Assembly: GCA_035370665.1 (NCBI GenBank)
Contig: DAOOVZ010000003.1
Span: 1-40,148, forward strand
Source of the DNA: Candidatus Hydrogenedens sp.
Lineage (GTDB): Bacteria; Hydrogenedentota; Hydrogenedentia; Hydrogenedentales; Hydrogenedentaceae
DNA: 40,148 nucleotides
Reading direction: 5' to 3'
The notes under the pieces are model-generated. The model was not told the origin of the DNA, made no database searches, and was given only the letters and a program-made list of their open reading frames with translations. The position numbers were made by a program, and so were the translations under genes. Shown one piece after another: positions 25,856-32,784 of the stretch. Every line of letters begins with the position of its first letter. Within the stretch, counting starts at the first letter, position 1.

Positions 25856-26608
25856 TTAGTTGGCTAAAGAGAGTGATTTGCATAAGTTGAAAAAATTTTC
25901 TTTTTGCTGGGCTACTTCCTTATCTGTGCCTGTCATTTTAATAAATAGTGTGTGATTTTCCAGGGGACAAACTGTGCCTAATAAACGATGATTTTTAAAA
26001 GTATTTCCTTGCATATCTATATAATCACCGCTAATATCCAACACTTTGCATGATTTCCCCAGAATAGTAATTTCAGGCAACTGTGAAAGGGATTGAACAT
26101 TTATGTTTGTTTTTCCCATCTGGCTTGCCCAACGATTAAAATTTGCTTCAACTCCACCTGCCTGAGCCGTAAGCACACTTATATAACATTCCCAACTTGA
26201 ACCTTCACCCCCTGTAAATGTAACTATACGCATTGGTTTACCCCTATCCTCCTGCCAGCCGTCAGGTGTCTGCCAGATTAAATTTAATTGAGCAAATCCA
26301 CCAACCACAGAATTAGGAGTATTTGCTCCTTCATTTCCATCAAGGGCTTCTTCTACTTTCTGTGGAATTTGTGATTGTGGATTTGCTAATTGCGATTCTT
26401 CGCTCTGATTTGATACAGAATCTATATCATTAGGAACGAGAGGAACGAGTCGTAGTCGTTGAGGAACTGGCAAAGGAGTGACAGAATTATTTGATTGAGG
26501 GGTGGTAAATTCCCTCTTTGTTTTTATTTCTACTCTTTCAGGCTGGGAACATCCTACATAAATACACAATAAAAAAATTATCAGAAGTATTTTTATTCTA
26601 TTTTTCAT
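25856..26608 (-). CDS. Lipoprotein of unknown function (conserved C-terminal domain with 'NFNRW' motif)
   Basis: Lipobox 'LLCIYVGC|SQ'. Pro/Ser/Gln-rich linker. C-terminal ~140 aa 'WQTPDGWQEDRGKPMRIVTF...GGVEANFNRWASQMG'. No CxxC. 19 nt upstream of ccsB on the same strand. Confidence 0.7.
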   Translation of the reverse strand: MKNRIKILLIIFLLCIYVGCSQPERVEIKTKREFTTPQSNNSVTPLPVPQRLRLVPLVPNDIDSVSNQSEESQLANPQSQIPQKVEEALDGNEGANTPNSVVGGFAQLNLIWQTPDGWQEDRGKPMRIVTFTGGEGSSWECYISVLTAQAGGVEANFNRWASQMGKTNINVQSLSQLPEITILGKSCKVLDISGDYIDMQGNTFKNHRLLGTVCPLENHTLFIKMTGTDKEVAQQKENFFNLCKSLSLAN

Positions 26609-26766
26609 TAAATTATCCTACTTATTTTAAAAGAATAGTCCAATATTTTAAAAACAAATATCACTTACTCTTGCCATTATGAAACTATATGGAAGGATTT
26701 TATCATTTTCTTGAATAGTTTTAATAATGGACTATATTTTATAGCGAAAACATTGCATATAGTTTT

Positions 26767-26795
26767 TTGCCTTTCTCAAAAGAAATCGTTATAAT
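26767..26795 (+). promoter_or_regulatory. Sigma70-type promoter for the SRP RNA
   Basis: -35 TTGCCT (26767-26772), 17-nt spacer, -10 TATAAT (26790-26795). The closing stem of the RNA begins 7 nt downstream. Confidence 0.6.
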
Positions 26796-26801
26796 AATAG
26801 T

Positions 26802-27076
26802 TGCTCGCGCTAGGTGGGAACGAAGCGGCGTTCCTGAACTCGCAAATCCGCTTTAGCGAGGCTGAATTCCCTCCCGAGGGCGGTATGTCCTTTAGCAGGC
26901 GCAGAGTAAGTGGTGTTGACGGTTTGGTCCTACTCAACAGATGGACGACAAACTCGGTCAGGTCCGGAAGGAAGCAGCCGTAGTCGAATCTGTCTGTGTG
27001 CTGTAGGGTCGCCGGACCCGAGCTAACTGCTCTGTTGCCGTTCTGAACATATCGTTCGACGGAAGGTGCGCGAGCA
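26802..27076 (+). ncRNA. ffs: Signal recognition particle RNA, long (Alu-domain-containing, Bacillus-type) form
   Basis: Contains the invariant domain IV motif GTCAGGTCCGGAAGGAAGCAGCC (26957-26979). A 9-bp terminal stem TGCTCGCGC (26802-26810) / GCGCGAGCA (27068-27076) closes a ~275-nt, locally GC-rich molecule. It lies immediately upstream of dnaX, as in Bacillus. Confidence 0.9.
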
Positions 27077-27109
27077 CTTCATAATTAAGTTCTGGAAAAA
27101 TAGAAAACT

Positions 27110-28966
27110 ATGCCAAAACCAAATGATACATATCATGTTCTTGCCCGAAAATGGAGACCGCAGCAATTTGATGAGGTTGTCGGGCAGGAACATATTACAC
27201 GGACATTGAAAAATGCGGTTGTTTCAGGTCGCATACATCATGCCTTATTATTTATTGGCTCAAGAGGAATTGGAAAAACTACAACGGCGCGTATTCTTGC
27301 AAAATCATTGAATTGCCTGAGTTCTGATAAACCAACACCTAGTCCATGTGATAAATGCGATAACTGCATAGAAATTGGGAATGGGACACATCTGGATGTT
27401 CAGGAAATTGATGGTGCTTCTAATAATAGCGTAGATAATATTCGTGAAATTCGTGAGGCAGTCAGATTGGCACCTGCTCATGCTAGATACAAGGTTTATA
27501 TTATTGACGAAGTTCATCAATTGTCTTCAGCGGCGTTTAATGCTCTACTAAAAACATTAGAAGAACCACCGTCTCATGCGGTTTTTATACTTGCTACGAC
27601 AGAAGCACATAAGATTCCAGCCACAATTATATCTCGATGTCAACGCTATGATTTTCGCAGAGTTGCTGTGCCTAATATTGTTCATCTTTTAGAACAAATT
27701 GTAAAGGCAGAGAAACGGAGTGCTACACGAGAAGCACTGTTTGTAATTTCACGCACAGCCGATGGAGGTGTTCGAGATGCGGAAAGTATCCTCGACCAAC
27801 TTATGACCTACTGCGATGGAGAAATTACTTATAAAGATGTTCAGGATGTTCTTGGACTTATTGAAACAGAGAAAATTGACCAATTAGTCTATGCTCTACA
27901 AGATAAAGATGTTCTAAAAACACTAACCATTATTGATGAGATTTCTACATCTGGAAAAGACCTAACACAGTTTGTCGAAGAATTTATCCAGCATATAAGA
28001 AATTTACTTATCTTGAAAACGACACAGGACCCAAATCAACTCTTTCTACCCAAAGAAGATATTGAACGATTAAAAGAACAGTCAGAAAAATTTTCAATAG
28101 TTCAACTTATCAGACTTGTAGAGCAATTGGCAGAATTAAATCAACATTTTACTTTGCAACTTTCCCATCGGACTGCATTGGAAGCCTTTTTTGTTAAAAA
28201 CTGCAAAGTAGGTGCTGAATTATCTATTGAAACCATTCTGGATAAAATACTTCAACTTGAAGATTTTCTGAAACTTCCGTCCTCCACTACTGTCAAAGAA
28301 TCCCGTCAAATTTATCCACAAAATGTAGAGATGCCAGAAAAAAAAACAATAGAAACACCTCATCCACCTAAAAAAGATACCGAAAAACCGATTGTTCTCA
28401 CATCAAACCAATCCAATATATCAATGGATAAGAAAGTCTCTAAACAGGTTTCAATTCACACCTCCAACCAACAAAAAAAAAGTCAGGAATATTTAACAAA
28501 AAAACTGCTTCATGAACTTTCCAAAGAAGGTATAGAGATAAGGTTATCTTTAAATTCCATTCAGGTATCACATCAAAAAGAAACAGAGACATTGTTTGTT
28601 TATGTAAATTCTACAAATACAACTGCTATTTCATGTCTGTCTGATGAAAAAACACAACAACTTCTTCGCAATATTATGAATCGGCTTCAATATCCAACTA
28701 AAAATATACAAGTTATTAAAGAGGAATATATACCAAACCCATCGCAAACTCAAACCCAGCAAAGTGGGAATTTTAAAGACCTCGTATCTCCTGATATTGC
28801 GGAAGAATTAAAAAAAATTCCTCAAATTCAGTCTTTATTAACACAGTTTAGAGGCAGAATTGTAAAAGTTGTAGCAAATGAGGAAGAAGTTAAAAAGGAA
28901 GATAATGCGGATGATAAGACAGAGGTGGAAGGGAAAACAGATTATTTTGAGGGGGAAAATGATTGA
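27110..28966 (+). CDS. dnaX: DNA polymerase III subunits tau/gamma
   Basis: 'LARKWRPQQFDEVVGQEHITRTLKNAV', P-loop 'GSRGIGKTTTARILAKSLNC', Zn module 'CDKCDNC', 'IIDEVHQLS', 'SRCQRYDF'. The C-terminal ~220 aa are low-complexity and tau-specific. Confidence 0.92.
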   Translation: MPKPNDTYHVLARKWRPQQFDEVVGQEHITRTLKNAVVSGRIHHALLFIGSRGIGKTTTARILAKSLNCLSSDKPTPSPCDKCDNCIEIGNGTHLDVQEIDGASNNSVDNIREIREAVRLAPAHARYKVYIIDEVHQLSSAAFNALLKTLEEPPSHAVFILATTEAHKIPATIISRCQRYDFRRVAVPNIVHLLEQIVKAEKRSATREALFVISRTADGGVRDAESILDQLMTYCDGEITYKDVQDVLGLIETEKIDQLVYALQDKDVLKTLTIIDEISTSGKDLTQFVEEFIQHIRNLLILKTTQDPNQLFLPKEDIERLKEQSEKFSIVQLIRLVEQLAELNQHFTLQLSHRTALEAFFVKNCKVGAELSIETILDKILQLEDFLKLPSSTTVKESRQIYPQNVEMPEKKTIETPHPPKKDTEKPIVLTSNQSNISMDKKVSKQVSIHTSNQQKKSQEYLTKKLLHELSKEGIEIRLSLNSIQVSHQKETETLFVYVNSTNTTAISCLSDEKTQQLLRNIMNRLQYPTKNIQVIKEEYIPNPSQTQTQQSGNFKDLVSPDIAEELKKIPQIQSLLTQFRGRIVKVVANEEEVKKEDNADDKTEVEGKTDYFEGEND

Positions 28967-29026
28967 CAGGTTTTGTATATTTCCAAACTATGCTATACTT
29001 TCAAACAAGAATTGCAGGGAGAAAAC

Positions 29027-30025
29027 ATGTTTACTTATGAAACAAGAATTACAAAAATGTTGGGGATTACATATCCTATCCTTATGGGTGGCTTACAATG
29101 GTTAGCAAAGTCAAAGATGGTTTCTGCTGTATCTAATGCAGGTGGTTTAGGATTCATTACAGCAGTATCATGTGCTAGTGGAGAAGAATTACGAGAAGAA
29201 ATTCGTAAAACACAAGACATGACCGATAAACCGTTTGGAGTAAATATTTCCATGCTTCCTGTAATTATGCCCAGTGATATGACTGAAACTTTTGTAAATA
29301 TTGTTTGTGAAGAAGGAATTCCTGTCGTTGAAACTGCGGGAAGAAATCCAGAACCATATTTACCTAAATTGAAATCTGCTGGGGTAAAAGTTATTCATAA
29401 AGTTCCTGCTGTCCGCTATGCCAAGAAAGCGGAACAAGTCGGTGTAGATGCGGTTACTGTAGTTGGTTTTGAATGCGGAGGACATCCTGGGATGGACGAT
29501 GTCTCCACGCTCATTGTGCTGCCCAAAACAGTAGAAACAGTGTCTATACCTGTGATAGCCGCAGGCGGTTTTTGTGATGGTAAAGGGTTAGTATCGGCTT
29601 TGTGTCTAGGTGCAGACGCTATACTAATGGGTACTCGCTTTATGGCTTCTAAGGAATCTCCTATTCATGAAAATTTCAAGCAATGGATAGTGCAAGCACA
29701 GGAAACCGATACTATTGTAGTAGAACGCTCTATTCGCAATCCTGCAAGAATTATGAAGAATGAAGCCGCTTTAACCGTAGCCAGCATGGAACAGCAAGGT
29801 GCTACCCTCGAAGAACTATTGCCGATTATTTCCGGCAAGATAGGTAGGGAAGCCTATTTTAGTGGGGATATTAACCGGGGCTGTATCGCTTGTGGACAGG
29901 TTGTCGGCAGGATTCATGAGATAAAAAGCATTTCAGAAATTATAAATGATATTATGACAGAAGCAGAACAAACCCTTGAAAAACTGAATGAAATTGCCAG
30001 AAAAACTTTTTCGGATACTAATTAA
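29027..30025 (+). CDS. FMN-dependent nitronate monooxygenase / FabK-like enoyl-ACP reductase family oxidoreductase
   Basis: 'ITKMLGITYPILMGGLQWLAKSKMVSAVSNAGGLGFI', 'ECGGHPG', 'PVIAAGGFCDGKGLVSALCLGADAILMGTRF'. I prefer ATG 29027 (GGGAGA SD) over the track start 28973, which begins 7 nt after the dnaX stop with no SD. Confidence 0.8.
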   Translation: MFTYETRITKMLGITYPILMGGLQWLAKSKMVSAVSNAGGLGFITAVSCASGEELREEIRKTQDMTDKPFGVNISMLPVIMPSDMTETFVNIVCEEGIPVVETAGRNPEPYLPKLKSAGVKVIHKVPAVRYAKKAEQVGVDAVTVVGFECGGHPGMDDVSTLIVLPKTVETVSIPVIAAGGFCDGKGLVSALCLGADAILMGTRFMASKESPIHENFKQWIVQAQETDTIVVERSIRNPARIMKNEAALTVASMEQQGATLEELLPIISGKIGREAYFSGDINRGCIACGQVVGRIHEIKSISEIINDIMTEAEQTLEKLNEIARKTFSDTN

Positions 30026-30045
30026 AATCTACTTATTTATATTAT

Positions 30046-32025
30046 ATGGAACCATTACCAACAAATACAGAATCTTTACCAGAGTTATTCTTATCTGAAC
30101 CAAAACGGACAAGTTCAGGTTGGAAGGTTTATTTTCGACTAATCCATTATGCCCTGGTCTATAAATCTCGTCTAATTGTAGCCATTGTCCTGTCTATTAT
30201 TATTGCGTTCTCATTTGGGACTATGATTGTAAGTCTGGGAACAGCAGTTAAACTTACTTTATATCAATCGCCTGATTCTCAAAATACAATTTTGCTTAGC
30301 AACGAAAAAGACCCTGCAATTGAATATGCAAAAGAAATTCAAAAATGGGATTCGGACATTCATAAATGGCTGGGTAAGCCACCCGCAGAATGGGATAAAT
30401 CCTTTATAAGACTTGTAGAAAGAATGCGAAAATATAAACTGTTTGCTCTGTCTATTGCCATTGTTATTGTTATTACACTAACTTTTATAAGTGGTTGTGC
30501 TCGATTTTTTCAGGAATACCTTGCTGGTTCTGTCGGTGCGTTTGTTTCAGTTGACCTGTCTCAAAAAATGTATGAAAATATAATGACTCAATCGTTAGGT
30601 TTTTTTGAATCTCATTCTTCTGGGGATGTTGTTGCGAGATTTAGTAATGATATTTTCATGGTCAATCGTGGACTTTCTAACGCTTTTATCAAGGTGCTAC
30701 GCGAACCCTTTAAGGCGTTAATCTTTCTTGCCGTTGCTGTCAGTGTTGACCCATGGCTAACACTTGTTGGTGTTTGTGTCTTGCCACCTTTAGGATACAC
30801 GCTAATCCATTTAGGACTGTATGTTCGTAAAAGTGTTCGCCGTTCACTTATGAAAGTTGCAGATATTGCCTCATTAATCAACGAAACCACCCGGGGAATT
30901 ATTATCGTTAAAGGTTTTCAGATGGAGGATTTTCTGAAAAAGCGATTCAATTTTGAGGCGTCTAAATTACGGAAATTCTTAAGGAAAATGGTCAAAGCAG
31001 ATTCCGCGACTGAACCCATTACGGAATTCATACTTGTAGTAGGTTTTTCTGGCTTTATCTTGTTTAGCGGTTATCGAGTCATTGCACATCGTCTCGATAT
31101 TGGTGACCTGTTGCAGGTTTACCTCGCATTAGCCATGATACTTGACCCGATTCGGAAGTTGTCTACTGTAAATAATCTGATACAAACCAGTGTCGCAAGT
31201 GCTGAAAGAGTTTTTGAATATTTAGACCTGAAGCCTGATATCCAGAATGCCCCTCATGCTACACACTTAAAACCACTTTTTAACCATATACGGTTTGAGA
31301 ATGTCTCTTTCTCCTACGATGGCAAAAAGATTGTCCTCGATAACATAAATTTCTTTATTCGGCATGGAGAGAAAATCGCACTGGTCGGACCTAGTGGTGC
31401 AGGAAAAACAACTATTGTAAAACTTATCCCTCGTTTTTATGATGTTAATGGAGGGGCTATATATTTTGATGATATGGATATTAGAAATGTAACATTGGAA
31501 AGTTTGCGGCAGCAGATAGCAATAGTCACACAGGAAACCATCCTTTTCTCAGGTTCAATTCGCGACAATATGACGGGAGGAGATAGAAATATCACTGACG
31601 AGCAAATTCAAGAAGCATTAATAATGGCACATGCAGAATCGTTTGTCCAACAAATGCCTAATGGGTTAGACAGTAATCTGGGTGAATTTGGACAACTACT
31701 CTCTGGCGGACAAAGGCAACGACTTGCATTGGCACGCGCCATCTTAAGAAATCCCCGAGTGCTACTTTTAGATGAAGCCACTTCCAATCTCGACTCGGAA
31801 AGTGAAAAATATATTCAAGAAGCCTTAGCAACCTTCTTAAAAGGACGAACCAGTGTTATAATTGCTCATCGTCTATCTACTATTATGAACGCTGACCGAA
31901 TTTTAGTATTAGACTATGGGAAAATCATAGAAGAGGGGACTCACAAACAGTTATTGGAACAACAGGGATTTTATTACCAACTATATCAACACCAATTCCT
32001 TATACAAGACCATGAGACAGACTAA
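30046..32025 (+). CDS. ABC exporter, fused permease/ATPase (MsbA/ABCB-like)
   Basis: Six-TM N-domain. Walker A 'GPSGAGKTT', signature 'LSGGQRQRLALARA', Walker B 'LLLDEATSNLD', H-loop 'IIAHRLST'. The first extracytoplasmic loop (~60 aa) is unusually long. Confidence 0.88.
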   Translation: MEPLPTNTESLPELFLSEPKRTSSGWKVYFRLIHYALVYKSRLIVAIVLSIIIAFSFGTMIVSLGTAVKLTLYQSPDSQNTILLSNEKDPAIEYAKEIQKWDSDIHKWLGKPPAEWDKSFIRLVERMRKYKLFALSIAIVIVITLTFISGCARFFQEYLAGSVGAFVSVDLSQKMYENIMTQSLGFFESHSSGDVVARFSNDIFMVNRGLSNAFIKVLREPFKALIFLAVAVSVDPWLTLVGVCVLPPLGYTLIHLGLYVRKSVRRSLMKVADIASLINETTRGIIIVKGFQMEDFLKKRFNFEASKLRKFLRKMVKADSATEPITEFILVVGFSGFILFSGYRVIAHRLDIGDLLQVYLALAMILDPIRKLSTVNNLIQTSVASAERVFEYLDLKPDIQNAPHATHLKPLFNHIRFENVSFSYDGKKIVLDNINFFIRHGEKIALVGPSGAGKTTIVKLIPRFYDVNGGAIYFDDMDIRNVTLESLRQQIAIVTQETILFSGSIRDNMTGGDRNITDEQIQEALIMAHAESFVQQMPNGLDSNLGEFGQLLSGGQRQRLALARAILRNPRVLLLDEATSNLDSESEKYIQEALATFLKGRTSVIIAHRLSTIMNADRILVLDYGKIIEEGTHKQLLEQQGFYYQLYQHQFLIQDHETD

Positions 32026-32758
32026 AAATAAATGGAATAAAATTTATTTACAACTTCTCTTTCTATTTTTGCTATTTTCATTTGTTTTTTCTTGTAATCA
32101 AAAAGATGCAGAGAAAAAACAGCCTTCTGAAAAAACTAATAAACCTGTCGAAACCATTGAGCCTAAGACCTCTCCTGAAACACCCGCAATAGAAAGAAAC
32201 AATGCAAATCCATTGGTTACTGGCAAAATAATCATCATTGATAGCACAGGGAAACCACTTGAAAACATGGCAGGTATTGCTACGGAAAAGCCTAATGCCT
32301 TTGATGAGCCTATTGCTCGTGGTAATTTGAGTGGTCCTGATGGAATAAGTATTATACAAGTTCCAAAGAATAAAGCCGTATATATTCGTGCATGGGACCC
32401 TGTTTTACATTATTTCCCCAATAACTACTTTGAAATTGCTCCAACTAATGCTGATTATCTTGAAGATATGCAGGTAGTCATGCTTGAAGCAAGTTCCGTA
32501 GAATTGCGATTAATTGATAAAGATAGTCAACCTATCTCAAATGAAAATGTAGGGCTAATGATGTTCCACCCTAAATTAGGACCCTGGTGGCCCTGCAATG
32601 CACATACCGATGAAGCGGGAAATATTTTATTTTCTCCTCTTCCTGCGGGAATGTATAACCTGCGGATAAAAACTGAAAATGGAATGATATTAGAAATTAA
32701 AGAAGTAAAAATTCTGCCAGGATCCTCCCTTAATTTAGGCATTATTAAACCCACATAA
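32012..32758 (+). CDS. Lipoprotein, possibly with carboxypeptidase-regulatory-like (transthyretin-fold) repeats
   Basis: Lipobox 'LFSFVFSC|NQ'. Two segments resemble CarboxypepD_reg-like strands ('GKIIIIDSTGKPLENM', 'LRLIDKDSQPISNENV...DEAGNILFSPLPAGMYNLRI'). The start overlaps the ABC gene by 14 nt. Confidence 0.6.
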   Translation: MRQTKNKWNKIYLQLLFLFLLFSFVFSCNQKDAEKKQPSEKTNKPVETIEPKTSPETPAIERNNANPLVTGKIIIIDSTGKPLENMAGIATEKPNAFDEPIARGNLSGPDGISIIQVPKNKAVYIRAWDPVLHYFPNNYFEIAPTNADYLEDMQVVMLEASSVELRLIDKDSQPISNENVGLMMFHPKLGPWWPCNAHTDEAGNILFSPLPAGMYNLRIKTENGMILEIKEVKILPGSSLNLGIIKPT

Positions 32759-32784
32759 TATTCTTAATTGGCAAAAATAAAGAA

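Noticed and set aside
26801-26983. 60-aa plus-strand ORF from the track
   Set aside because: It falls inside the SRP RNA, which carries the conserved GGUCAGGUCCGGAAGGAAGCAGCC motif and a closing stem. It is an artefact of the GC-rich structured RNA.
28973-29026. Upstream extension of the nitronate monooxygenase-like gene (track start 28973)
   Set aside because: The extra 18 aa (MYISKLCYTFKQELQGEN) have no SD. They precede an ATG at 29027 that has a GGGAGA SD and aligns with the usual family N-terminus (M-x-T-x-x-T-x-x-LGI).
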